From: an uncultured Enterobacterales bacterium | GTDB taxonomy: Bacteria > Myxococcota_A > UBA796 > CAJQPC01 | Reading direction: 5' to 3' | Assembly (NCBI GenBank): GCA_964610645.1 | Contig: CAZSZE010000016.1 | Location: 617-64,616 of the forward strand | DNA: 64,000 bases | Shown: one piece after another, positions 43,393 to 52,527 of the stretch | Layout: each line of letters opens with the position of its first letter | How positions within the stretch are numbered: the stretch's first letter is position 1 | Made by a program: the position numbers and the translations under genes | Notes under the pieces: generated by a model | Seen by the model: only the letters and a program-made list of their open reading frames with translations | What the model was told of the DNA's origin: nothing | Databases searched by the model: none

Positions 43393-46300
43393 ATGTCACT
43401 CTCCATCTTGTCCTTGCTCGCCTTTCCCCTGGCACATGGGGAAGTGCCCCTGCCCCTCTACCCGGAGTGCGGGGAGGCGTACCGACCTGACCTCTGCCCG
43501 CCGGATCTCGGAGATCGTTGGTGGATGATTTCCTACATCCCGGAGCATGCTCTGGAGAGCGTTCGCGCGGCGGAAATCCCCCTGGGCAGCGGCGCCTCGG
43601 TGGATCGTGCCCTTCGCACCACCACAGGCAACTGGAATGTGATCGTGGCGGTGGGGGATTCGGGGATTCAGTGGAAGGAGGAGGACCTGGCCAACAAGAT
43701 CCACCTGAACGTGCAGGAGCTGCCCGCGCCCTGGTGGGTAGACGGAGACGGGGCGGTCGTGGAGACCGCTTGCGACGCCGGCCAGTCCCGGGAGGATTGC
43801 TACGATCTGGATGGCAACGGGCTGGTGAACCTGGCGGACTACGCGCAGGACCCGCGGGTCCTCGTGGATGCGGGAGTGGCGGAGTCCGACCACATGTTGG
43901 ACCCGTCGGATCTCATCTACACGTTCTCGGATGGTCTAGACGACGATGCCAATGGCTACATGGATGACATCGCCGGCTGGGACTTCTTTGCCGACGACAA
44001 CGACCCCTACACCACCCTGAACAGCGGCCATGGAACCCATGGCACTGGTGTTTTGGAGGACATTGGGGCCGAGGGAGGCAACGGGCACGGGATCGGAGTC
44101 TGTCCGGGGTGCTCTCTTTTGCCTGTTCGCGTGGGGGACACCTTTGTGGTGGACGGCACGCGGGTTGCCCAGGGCATCGCCTTTGCGGCGGACTCCGGGG
44201 CGCGGGTCATGAACCTCTCGGTTGGGGCCTTGTCGGATCCGGACCTGGCCCGGCAAGCCGTGGACTATGCCCGGGTCAAGGGCATGGTCCTGGTGGGGGC
44301 CGCCGGCGATGAAAACGCCTACCACCACAACATGCCGGCGATGCACGCGGACTTTCTCTATGTCCACTCGGTGCACTACGACACCGCGGACCGGGACGGC
44401 GACGTCTACAGCTACCTGAACTTCTTCAACTGCAACAACTACGGTCCGCGCATGGATATCGTGGCGGGGTCCGATGCCTGCGCCACGGGGGCTGCTGCCA
44501 TCACCTCGGCCGCTGCGGGCATGATCTTCTCGGTTTCCGAGGAGCTGGGGCTGGATCTTGATGCGGATGAAGTGCGGCAGATTCTCATCTCCAATCTCGA
44601 CGACATCTGGCTGACCGCGTCCGAGACCGAGGAAGCCAAGACCTACCCCTCCTCTGAGGGGTGGGACCCATTCTATGGATATGGACGAGTCAACGTAGCC
44701 AAGATGGTGGAGGCCACAGCGGCCGAGGAGATCCCACCGGTGGGCCGGATTCTGAGCCCCCGTTGGTTTGAACTTGTCGACCCGGGTCAGGGGGGCACCC
44801 TTGAGGTGGCCTTTGAAGCCCGGGCGCAGCGGGCCAACAGCTTTACGTGGGAGATGTCGTGGGGGCAGGGATGGGAACCGTCGGACTGGACGGTCCTGGA
44901 GACCGGTTCGGGGACCTCCCCCCTGGAAGACGTTCGGGTCACCCTGGACCTCTCTGACGTGGACCTTTCCCAGCTTCTTGAGCCAGATGTCTTCGAGGGT
45001 GTGGTGGAGCGGGTGGAGCGGGTCCACGGCCCGGCCGTGAACTTTCGGCTTCGGGTCACGGACGACTCTGGGCGGGTCGGGGAGTCTCGTCGCACTGTGT
45101 TTGTCTATGAAGACCCGGATCTGCTCTCCGGGTTCCCGCTGGACCTGGGGGGATCCGGTGAGTCGAGCCCGGTGCTCGCGGACTTGGATGGGGATGGGGT
45201 GTTTGAAATCCTGTTGGCCACCGCCAGCGGCGAGGTGTTGGCCCTCAAGGGAGATGGCAGCTTTCTGCCCGGCTGGCCGGTCACCGTGCCCACCCAGGCC
45301 TCGATCCTCGCCCATGCGGAGGCACCAGCCTTTGCCGACGGGTACCTGGACTCCGACCAACCCCCCGGCATCATCGCCACGGTGGCCGTGGGGGACCTGG
45401 ATGGAGATGGAAGCCCGGAGGTGGTGGCAGCAGATGGCACGGGCGGGCTGCATGTCTTTTCCGCAGAGGGTGCTGTGGTGGAGGGTTTTCCGGTGGCCAT
45501 CCTGGACCGGGGGCCGGAGGAATTCGATGGGAACCACTCCTACGACAACGGTTTTGCAGGCGCCCCCACCCTCTACGATCTGGACAGCGATGGGGACCTG
45601 GAAATCCTCGTGCCAGGGCTGGATTCGCGCCTGTATGTCTGGCACCACGATGGCTCGGAATTTGACGGCTACCCCATGGAAATCTGCCACCCGGAGAACT
45701 GTGGCACCCGGGGTCACCGCATCATCACGTCGGTCACGGTCGGAGACGTGGATGGCGACGGGGATCCGGACATTGGCTTTGGCTCCAACGAGACGGTGCG
45801 GGATGACTCCTACTCCGTGACCCACCTGTTCGATGCGCTGTCCGGCGTGCCCCTGGAGGGATGGCCCCGAGAGGAAAACGGGCTGGTCAACGAGGCCGCG
45901 CTTCTGCCCATCATCGGGGAGGGGCATCCGGCGTCCTTGGCTTTTGGGGACATGGATGGGGATGGGGACCTGGAGATCATCGATGCGGTCATGCTGGGCC
46001 AGGCCGATGTGTTGGATCACCGGGGGGAGGTGGCCCTGGAGCTGCACTACGCGGCGGATCAGTTCGGCCTGGAGACCAACTCCGACGAGCCCTCCTTTGT
46101 GGCCATGTCCAACAACCCGGCCTTTGGGGACCTGGACTGCGATGGAGTCCTGGACCCGCTCATGGGTGGTGCCGGGACCTTTGCCCTCGTGGGATTGGCC
46201 CTGACCACGGCTGTGGACTTCCAGCACGTGCTGGGGGGGTGGCGCGGGGCGACAGGGGAGTTTTTCGAAGGATGGCCCCGGCAGGTGGAGGACTTCCAGT

Positions 46301-46740
46301 TCCTGGTTGCGCCGGCGGTAGCGGATGTCAGCGGGGATGGCGTGCCGGAAGTGGTCTACACCTCGGCGGGGGGGGTGCTGCATGCGTGGGACAAGGACGG
46401 CGACGCCCCGGACCGATGGCCCAAGTTCACGGGCCAGTGGTTCCTGGGTTCCCCGGCGCTTGGGGACATTGATGGGGATGGCTGGTTGGATGTGGTGGCC
46501 ACGACCCGGGAGGGATGGCTCTATGCCTGGACCACCCGGGGGCGTGCGGACCAGAAGGTTCAGTGGGCTGGTCTGCACCACGATCCCCAGAACACGGGAA
46601 ACTACGAGACCCCGCTGGTGCGCCAGGAAGGACCGGAGGAAGTGGCCGGCGGGTGCTGCAAGAAGCGCAAGAATGCCGACAAGGCATGGCTCCTGGTGCC
46701 CGTCTTGCTTCTTTCTACTTTGCGCCGAAGGCGGTTCTAG
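43393..46740 (+). CDS. subtilisin-like (S8) peptidase fused to FG-GAP/VCBS beta-propeller repeats, MYXO-CTERM-like tail
   Basis: 1115 aa with signal peptide MSLSILSLLAFPLAHG. Asp box VAVGDSGI, His box GHGTHGTG, Asn box MNLSVG, and at least 8 GD(L/V/M/I)DGDG repeats. C-terminus GGCCKKRKNADKAWLLVPVLLLSTLRRRRF. Confidence 0.85.
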   Translation: MSLSILSLLAFPLAHGEVPLPLYPECGEAYRPDLCPPDLGDRWWMISYIPEHALESVRAAEIPLGSGASVDRALRTTTGNWNVIVAVGDSGIQWKEEDLANKIHLNVQELPAPWWVDGDGAVVETACDAGQSREDCYDLDGNGLVNLADYAQDPRVLVDAGVAESDHMLDPSDLIYTFSDGLDDDANGYMDDIAGWDFFADDNDPYTTLNSGHGTHGTGVLEDIGAEGGNGHGIGVCPGCSLLPVRVGDTFVVDGTRVAQGIAFAADSGARVMNLSVGALSDPDLARQAVDYARVKGMVLVGAAGDENAYHHNMPAMHADFLYVHSVHYDTADRDGDVYSYLNFFNCNNYGPRMDIVAGSDACATGAAAITSAAAGMIFSVSEELGLDLDADEVRQILISNLDDIWLTASETEEAKTYPSSEGWDPFYGYGRVNVAKMVEATAAEEIPPVGRILSPRWFELVDPGQGGTLEVAFEARAQRANSFTWEMSWGQGWEPSDWTVLETGSGTSPLEDVRVTLDLSDVDLSQLLEPDVFEGVVERVERVHGPAVNFRLRVTDDSGRVGESRRTVFVYEDPDLLSGFPLDLGGSGESSPVLADLDGDGVFEILLATASGEVLALKGDGSFLPGWPVTVPTQASILAHAEAPAFADGYLDSDQPPGIIATVAVGDLDGDGSPEVVAADGTGGLHVFSAEGAVVEGFPVAILDRGPEEFDGNHSYDNGFAGAPTLYDLDSDGDLEILVPGLDSRLYVWHHDGSEFDGYPMEICHPENCGTRGHRIITSVTVGDVDGDGDPDIGFGSNETVRDDSYSVTHLFDALSGVPLEGWPREENGLVNEAALLPIIGEGHPASLAFGDMDGDGDLEIIDAVMLGQADVLDHRGEVALELHYAADQFGLETNSDEPSFVAMSNNPAFGDLDCDGVLDPLMGGAGTFALVGLALTTAVDFQHVLGGWRGATGEFFEGWPRQVEDFQFLVAPAVADVSGDGVPEVVYTSAGGVLHAWDKDGDAPDRWPKFTGQWFLGSPALGDIDGDGWLDVVATTREGWLYAWTTRGRADQKVQWAGLHHDPQNTGNYETPLVRQEGPEEVAGGCCKKRKNADKAWLLVPVLLLSTLRRRRF

Positions 46741-47153
46741 GCTTCGAGGACGGCGTCCAGAGCGCCGATCTCGCGGAGGGTGTCCTCCTCGTCTTCCGTA
46801 AAGAAGTCCTCGGGTCCCACGCGGGCGAGGATCTGCGGCTCGTCGGTCTTGCGGTTCAAGGTGCGTCGCCGCTCCTCGAAGTCCCGGAGGCGCCGTTCCA
46901 CCTTGTCCACCAACAGGTCGATGGCCGCGTAGGCATCTTCATGGTGGGCGGAGGCGGTAAGGGTGGGGCCACTTGCGCTGACGACGCGGGCACGTATCTC
47001 GACTTCTTCTCCTTCCTGCCGGCCGTCTACATCCACGGTGGTGGTGTCGTCATCGAGCTGGTGCCGTCGCAGGGGGCGCGTGAGCTTTTCCTCGCAGTAT
47101 TCGCGCAGAGCATTTGTGAACAGGTCGTTTTGTGTATGGATCGTGAGCTGCAA
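46737..47153 (-). CDS. hpf: ribosome hibernation promoting factor (HPF/RaiA family)
   Basis: 138 aa from the TTG at 47153, which lies 6 nt after AAGGAG. LQLTIHTQNDLFTNALREYCEEKLTRPL and DAYAAIDLLVDKVERRLRDFEERR match the family pattern. Confidence 0.75.
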   Translation of the reverse strand: MQLTIHTQNDLFTNALREYCEEKLTRPLRRHQLDDDTTTVDVDGRQEGEEVEIRARVVSASGPTLTASAHHEDAYAAIDLLVDKVERRLRDFEERRRTLNRKTDEPQILARVGPEDFFTEDEEDTLREIGALDAVLEA

Positions 47154-47287
47154 TCCAGTCTCCTTGGTACGGGGAAGGGCGTCTGGGGAAAGGCCAGGGA
47201 CTTCGCGTGCCGTGAAGGCCCAGCCCTCCAAGTCTACAACAGAAGTCGGATTCTGCAGAGAAACTCGTTGGCGGCCTCTACCGCATT

Positions 47288-47680
47288 GTGGGAGGGCCGC
47301 TTATACTTCGGGCCATGTTGATCATGATTTTCTTGTTGGGCGGATGTGGAAACGGTGACGGCACGGGGGACTGCTTTCGTCCTGATGAGTGGCGCGATGC
47401 CGTGGTCATGGACGAAATGGTACACACCGTGGTGATTGCCGAGGATTGTGGCAATGATCTGGAGATCACGGAGGCTGCCCTGCTGGGGACCGGCTTTACA
47501 GCGGATCTTCCAGAGGTCGGGGACATAATCGACGCGGGAGACTTCTCCATTGACGTGGAGTGGCTCGACCAGGTGGACACGTCGGGTTCCTACTCGGCCA
47601 CCTTGAAGATCAGCGCCGTGGGGTTGAACGACCAGCCTCCCAAGGATCTGTCCTATACGGTCGAAGGGGATTCGGAGTAG
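47288..47680 (+). CDS. hypothetical lipoprotein
   Basis: Lipobox IFLLGGCG. The start is ambiguous (GTG 47288 or ATG 47315/47324). The gene ends 3 nt before tyrS. Confidence 0.5.
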   Translation: MGGPLILRAMLIMIFLLGGCGNGDGTGDCFRPDEWRDAVVMDEMVHTVVIAEDCGNDLEITEAALLGTGFTADLPEVGDIIDAGDFSIDVEWLDQVDTSGSYSATLKISAVGLNDQPPKDLSYTVEGDSE

Positions 47681-47683
47681 GTC

Positions 47684-48886
47684 TTGGACGCTTTTGAGGT
47701 CCTGGCGGGCCGCGGATTCGTTCAGCAGCAGACCGATGGGGCGCCCGCCCTTCTTCGGGAGTCCGCTGTGTTCTACGTGGGCTTCGATCCCACAGCCGAT
47801 TGCCTGCACGTGGGGCACCTTCTGCCGATCATGGGCATGGCGCACCTGCAGAGCGCCGGGCACACCCCCATCGTCCTGGTGGGGGGAGGCACGGCGATGG
47901 TCGGCGATCCTTCGGGCAAGGACGAAGCCCGACAGCTGCTGACAAACGAGCAGATCCAACACAACAAGGAAGCCCAGAAGAAGCTGCTGGCCCGGTTTCT
48001 GGACTTTGGCCCCGGGGGAGCCACCCTGGTGGACAACGCCGACTGGCTGCTCGACCTCAACTACATCGGGTTTCTGCGGGACATGGGGCGGCACTTTTCC
48101 GTGAACACCATGCTGTCCAAGGCATCGGTCAAGCTCCGCCTGGAACGGGGACTTTCCTTCCTGGAGTTCAACTACCAGCTGCTCCAGGCCTATGACTTCC
48201 TGGAGCTGTTTCGACGCCACGGGTGTCGCCTCCAGCTGGGGGGGGATGACCAGTGGGGGAACATCACGGCGGGCATTGACCTGGTGCGCCGGGTGGAGGG
48301 TGCGGACGCCCATGGACTGACTTTTCCCCTGCTCACCACGGCCAGTGGCGCCAAGATGGGCAAGACTGCGGCCGGAGCGGTGTGGATCGATGCGGACCGG
48401 CTACCCGTGTACGACTACTACCAGTTCTGGGTCAACGTGGAGGATGCCGACGTGGGGCGCTTCCTGAAGCTATTTACGTTCCTGTCCCTGGAGGAAATCG
48501 CCGATCTTGAGGCCCTGGAGGGCGCAGACATTCGGCAAGCCAAGGAGCGCCTGGCTCTGGAAGCGACGACCATCGCCCATGGCCGCACCGAAGCCTTGCG
48601 TGCGCAGGCAGGTGCCAAGGCGGCTTTTGGGGGCGGTGGCGATGTGGATGCAATCCCCCAGCACGCCGTCGCCCTGCCGGTGCCGCTGATCACCCTCCTG
48701 GCGGACAGCGGCCTGTGCCAGTCCAAGTCGGATGCCCGGCGACAGATTCGTGGGGGGGCCGTGAAAGTGGCGGGAGAAAAGGTGGAGTCCGAGGACTTTG
48801 AGCTGAGCGCGGATCACCTGGATGCCGAGGGGTTTGTCCTCGTCTCCCGGGGAAAGAAGAAGAAGCTGCGGGTGTGCGCGGGGTGA
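47684..48886 (+). CDS. tyrS: tyrosine--tRNA ligase
   Basis: 400 aa with a TTG start. HIGH motif HVGHLLPI, then GGGTAMVGDPSGK, KMSKS variant KMGKT, and a C-terminal S4 domain SKSDARRQIRGGAVKV. Confidence 0.92.
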   Translation: MDAFEVLAGRGFVQQQTDGAPALLRESAVFYVGFDPTADCLHVGHLLPIMGMAHLQSAGHTPIVLVGGGTAMVGDPSGKDEARQLLTNEQIQHNKEAQKKLLARFLDFGPGGATLVDNADWLLDLNYIGFLRDMGRHFSVNTMLSKASVKLRLERGLSFLEFNYQLLQAYDFLELFRRHGCRLQLGGDDQWGNITAGIDLVRRVEGADAHGLTFPLLTTASGAKMGKTAAGAVWIDADRLPVYDYYQFWVNVEDADVGRFLKLFTFLSLEEIADLEALEGADIRQAKERLALEATTIAHGRTEALRAQAGAKAAFGGGGDVDAIPQHAVALPVPLITLLADSGLCQSKSDARRQIRGGAVKVAGEKVESEDFELSADHLDAEGFVLVSRGKKKKLRVCAG

Positions 48887-48901
48887 CCTGCGCCGCGAGG
48901 G

Positions 48902-49726
48902 TCAGTACTCCGGTGGCACCACGATCACGCCGGACATCCAGTCCCACTCGTTGAGGGGCTCGGCTGTAATGACTCCCGTGCTGTCGGCTGGCGTGCTCCA
49001 GTGGAATTCGTACACCTCGCCGTGCACCACCAGGGCCATGTGCATGCCACCGCGGGCAGCAAGCACGCCGAAGGGAATGTCCTTCAAGGACTCAAACCCC
49101 GTGTTGTCCAGGGCCGTGGGGGTCTTTCCTTCCTCCGCGCCCGTCGGCTTGTAGTTCACGATGGATCGGTCGGTATCCACGGGCAGGCCGTAGTAGGTGC
49201 CCTTCTTGTTCACGATGTAGTTGGTGTAGGGGTGCTCGCCGTCTCCATCCCCCGGATTCTTGGTGTCGGGGTTCCAATAGAGCCCGGTCCAGCCCGCCTT
49301 TTCCAGGGCCTTCAGCAACTCCAGCCCCTTGAAGAGTCCGTTGCTGGTCCTGATGGACTCGCGAAAGATCTCCTGCCATTCGTCGGGCAGTCCGGCCTCA
49401 CCGAATGCGGACTTCAGTACCTCCAGAATGAAGGTGGTGCAGTCCTCGGGCGTGGCCCCGGGCCACTTGTCGCCGGGGGACAGGCGGTTTCCATAGTAGA
49501 GGCCGTAGCCGCGGTCCTTGATGGCTGCGTCGTGCCCCGCCTTCATGGACATGGCCTTGTTCGCAGCTGCTTCCCCCAGCACTTTTCCCGAGTTCAGCTC
49601 ATCTGAAACGCTTCGCAGATCCTCGACGCAGTCTTCCACGTCGCCACAGTGGTTTGTGGCCAGAGCCGGTGACGAACCGAGAATCAGTCCGCACAGGATT
49701 GCGAAGCAGGGGGTGTGCCCTCTCAT
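48902..49726 (-). CDS. hypothetical secreted protein
   Basis: 274 aa from MRGHTPCFAILCGLILGSSPALA (signal peptide), with GGAG 8 nt upstream. No family recognised. Confidence 0.55.
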   Translation of the reverse strand: MRGHTPCFAILCGLILGSSPALATNHCGDVEDCVEDLRSVSDELNSGKVLGEAAANKAMSMKAGHDAAIKDRGYGLYYGNRLSPGDKWPGATPEDCTTFILEVLKSAFGEAGLPDEWQEIFRESIRTSNGLFKGLELLKALEKAGWTGLYWNPDTKNPGDGDGEHPYTNYIVNKKGTYYGLPVDTDRSIVNYKPTGAEEGKTPTALDNTGFESLKDIPFGVLAARGGMHMALVVHGEVYEFHWSTPADSTGVITAEPLNEWDWMSGVIVVPPEY

Positions 49727-49849
49727 GGGGAAGGCTCCGTTGGTGCCGAACACGCCCGGAGAATGGTCTGTAGAAGAGGCACTGTCAACAAGTGAATTGG
49801 GAATGGGAGAAAAGGTGTGCGTGCCTTAGAATATCGGATGGGAGCGTTC

Positions 49850-50359
49850 ATGATCTGGTTGATTGTATTTGCCTGTGCAGGACCCGGCGCCTCGCCCGAT
49901 GTTGCGGAGGCTGCACCGGTGGAGGCAGGCGACCGCGCGCTGCTGGCCACTCGACCGTTCCAGGGGGGAGAAGCGCTCTTCTTTGGGGAGCGACTTCCCA
50001 AGGGTTTGAACGCCTGGTTTGGCGTGCGGGAGGTGCAATTCCGCCTGGGAAAGGCAACGCCCCGGGCGTTTGTGCCCAAGGGCCGGGTGGAGGACACGGA
50101 CTGGCGGTTTGAAATCGTCTCGCCCGATGGCGGGTGGGTGGTGCTTCCCCAGGATCACTACGGGCCGTACCACGTGGTCGCTACCCAGCGGCTGGGTGCC
50201 TATCTCTCCGGGGGAAAGGCGGATCACGTGCTGCACCAGAAGCCCACTGCGGAAAATGCCGGGGCGTGGGTCCATGCGGATGCCCGTTGGGACGGACAGG
50301 CTGTGACTTACAAGGCTGGCCTCACAGACATGATGGACTTCCGCTTCGAGCTTCCCTGA
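49850..50359 (+). CDS. hypothetical lipoprotein
   Basis: Lipobox LIVFACAG. The ATG at 49850 lies 5 nt after GGGAG. No family recognised. Confidence 0.5.
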   Translation: MIWLIVFACAGPGASPDVAEAAPVEAGDRALLATRPFQGGEALFFGERLPKGLNAWFGVREVQFRLGKATPRAFVPKGRVEDTDWRFEIVSPDGGWVVLPQDHYGPYHVVATQRLGAYLSGGKADHVLHQKPTAENAGAWVHADARWDGQAVTYKAGLTDMMDFRFELP

Positions 50360-50366
50360 CGGGGGC

Positions 50367-51185
50367 CTACCTGGTGTAGCGAGCCTGCAGTGCCACGAAG
50401 GGACGGGTGGCATCGAAGACCCGATCCTGCAGGTACGGCTGTATGAGAAGCACGTAGGAGAGGGGGTTGTCCGGCTGGCTGGCCTTGACCAGGGGCCCGG
50501 TGCGGAGGAGGGAGTCGCCTGATACGGCCGCCTGGCGCCAGGTGGTCAGGACCCCGGCAAGCACATGCCAGGAACCCAGGTCCCCATCCCAGGCCAGGAG
50601 ATTTGTGCCCTGGGTCACCTGGTCCTGGTGGGCCAGCAACAGCTGGGACTCGGGTTCAAAGTAGTAGGGCTCCGTGACCTGGTCAGCGGAGAGGTTGATC
50701 CACTGCTGCCCGGCGGCAAATACCACCACCACCGGTCCGGCCTTGGCCTTGAGCACGGGCGTGGCGCTCAGTCGGGTGGATCGTCCACTCTGCTTTTCCA
50801 GGGGTTTGCGATCCGCGGGCCCGTAGATGTCCCCTGGGTCATCAAACCCCACCAGGGTGTGCACGTTGCCGAAATAATTGGCCATGGAACCGTGAATCTT
50901 CAAGTCCAGGATCGCCAGAGGCGCCAGGGTCAGCTCGCCCCCCACGCGCAGAAAGTCGGGGGTGATCTGGACCAGAGCGCCCGTCAAAATGTGTGTGTCC
51001 CGGAGCAGCACACTGCCTTCAGAGTCACTGCCCTCAGAGTCGCTGTCTTCCGCATCCCAGAGAGGCTGTCGCCAGCCCGGCCGGACAAAGAGCGCCAGGC
51101 CCGTGTCGAAGACCGTGGCTGCAGCATCCACCTGGAGCACGGGCTCCCCGGCTACAGCCAGTCCGAGAAGCAAGGGGACAAGCAT
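50367..51185 (-). CDS. hypothetical secreted protein (possibly beta-rich/outer-membrane)
   Basis: 272 aa with signal-like MLVPLLLGLAVAG. It contains a short DSDSEGSDSEGS repeat and lies 45 nt downstream of the VWA gene. Confidence 0.5.
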   Translation of the reverse strand: MLVPLLLGLAVAGEPVLQVDAAATVFDTGLALFVRPGWRQPLWDAEDSDSEGSDSEGSVLLRDTHILTGALVQITPDFLRVGGELTLAPLAILDLKIHGSMANYFGNVHTLVGFDDPGDIYGPADRKPLEKQSGRSTRLSATPVLKAKAGPVVVVFAAGQQWINLSADQVTEPYYFEPESQLLLAHQDQVTQGTNLLAWDGDLGSWHVLAGVLTTWRQAAVSGDSLLRTGPLVKASQPDNPLSYVLLIQPYLQDRVFDATRPFVALQARYTR

Positions 51186-51230
51186 GGAATCCTCCTGGGC
51201 GAAGCCAGGGGGAACCCTACCACCGACGAT

Positions 51231-52394
51231 CTACAGGATGGCTTCGCGGATGACGCGTTCCAGCAAGTCGTTCAGGAACTCCACCTGGAAGTCCCCAACG
51301 GTGGGCTCCAGGTGGTCGTTGCCGATGCCAGAGTCATCCGTGAGGAAGATGTAGGTACCGCCGGTCATGATGTCCAGGGAGCGCAGCAGGAACTCCGTGG
51401 AGGCATCCACGCCGCTTGCCCCAATCGGGAGAATCCGGATGCCGTCCTTGGCCGCCTGGGCGGTCACCTCCTGCAGCAAGGCAATGTTGGATTCTGTCTG
51501 GTGGGGAGGGGCATCCAGCAGGGGGAAGAGCAGGCGGGCCCGGGCGTTCTCGCTCCACTGGTGGTTGTGCACGGCATCGTCCAGTGCTGCTGCAAGTGCC
51601 TCGGGGTAGTCCCCGCCACCGCCAGCGGACTGGTCGCTCAACTGGGACTGCACCTGGCTCATGTTGCGGGTGAAGGGGAAGGAGCGGACCTCGTAGGCAT
51701 CTCCCTCGTCCCGGTAGAAGTTCACGCTCAAGCGGAGATCGATTCCAATTCCCTTGACCCGCTGGACGACATCCGTCAGCTCGGCCTCCAGATAGGTCAA
51801 CTCGTCGGACATGGAGCCGGTGGTGTCGATGACGAACATGAGGTCGAGCAGTGCCTGTGGGGACTGCACGTCTTCCACCTGGATCTCAATGCGCTCCTGG
51901 CTCCCGACGACCACGTCTGTCTCGCTCACCAGGAATCCACCATCGTCGACCTCCACTCGGAGGAGCAGGTCCGCGCCGGAAGGAGCAAACAGTTCTGCGT
52001 GGCCCTTGTTGTCGGTGCGGGCGGTCCACAGCACGGTGTCGGAGTCGTCCACAAGACGAACCTCGACGTCCACGGCCCGTTCCTGTCCCCAGTTCAACTG
52101 CACCGGCACCCGGTGTGCGGTGTCGAATCCCCATCCCGTCTCGATCTCTCCCCAGGGCTGGCTGGAGTCGTCCATGAGGCCGCGCCAGAAGTCCCAGTTT
52201 TCCAGGTCACTCCATTCGCCGGCCGTCAGTTGCCCGGACTGGACTTCCCCGCCCGTGTCGGCATCGTCTTCCGAGCCTCCGAGGCTCATGGGTGCGGACT
52301 CGCCGCCCCCTCTCGAGGAGCCGTTCGACTTGTCCATGGCGATTCCGCCCGAGGAACAGCCTGTCAGGAGTGTGGAAACCAGTAGCGCACGCAT
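51231..52394 (-). CDS. von Willebrand factor A domain lipoprotein
   Basis: 387 aa. Lipobox LLTGCSS. A beta-sandwich-like region (VDVEVRLVDDSDTVLWTARTDNKGHAELF) precedes the MIDAS motif VIDTTGSMSDEL. Confidence 0.8.
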   Translation of the reverse strand: MRALLVSTLLTGCSSGGIAMDKSNGSSRGGGESAPMSLGGSEDDADTGGEVQSGQLTAGEWSDLENWDFWRGLMDDSSQPWGEIETGWGFDTAHRVPVQLNWGQERAVDVEVRLVDDSDTVLWTARTDNKGHAELFAPSGADLLLRVEVDDGGFLVSETDVVVGSQERIEIQVEDVQSPQALLDLMFVIDTTGSMSDELTYLEAELTDVVQRVKGIGIDLRLSVNFYRDEGDAYEVRSFPFTRNMSQVQSQLSDQSAGGGGDYPEALAAALDDAVHNHQWSENARARLLFPLLDAPPHQTESNIALLQEVTAQAAKDGIRILPIGASGVDASTEFLLRSLDIMTGGTYIFLTDDSGIGNDHLEPTVGDFQVEFLNDLLERVIREAIL

Positions 52395-52419
52395 GGGACC
52401 TCCGTGTGCATGAGGTCAT

Positions 52420-52435
52420 CGCACGCATCGTGCCA
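52420..52435 (-). promoter_or_regulatory. sigma-54-type promoter TGGCACGATGCGTGCG (minus strand)
   Basis: GG-N10-GC spacing is correct and the -24 element TGGCACG is perfect. It lies 25 nt upstream of the VWA ATG, with GGAGG between them. Confidence 0.55.
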
Positions 52436-52527
52436 AGAGCAGTGGCCCGTGATTTCAGTGGTTTGCTTGGATCGGGTCGCCCAATGAACTCCCGGACCAC
52501 GACATCAATGTCCGGACTGGAACCAGG

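Noticed and set aside
43936-46581. Very long antisense ORFs. Examples are the 881-aa ORF opposite the S8 gene and similar ones at 770-2107, 2119-3684, 8812-10707, 19458-21008, 50565-52385, 55744-57330 and 58238-59842.
   Set aside because: They lie opposite genes with clear family motifs. They are Arg/Pro/Gly/His-rich low-complexity translations with no recognisable domain. This is the usual stop-codon-poor shadow-frame effect in GC-rich DNA.
48902-49726. Secreted 274-aa protein as a papain/NlpC-P60-like hydrolase (Cys in EDCTTFILEVL, His in GGMHMALVVHG).
   Set aside because: This rests on two isolated residues seen by eye, without a recognisable family motif. It is kept as a hypothetical protein.
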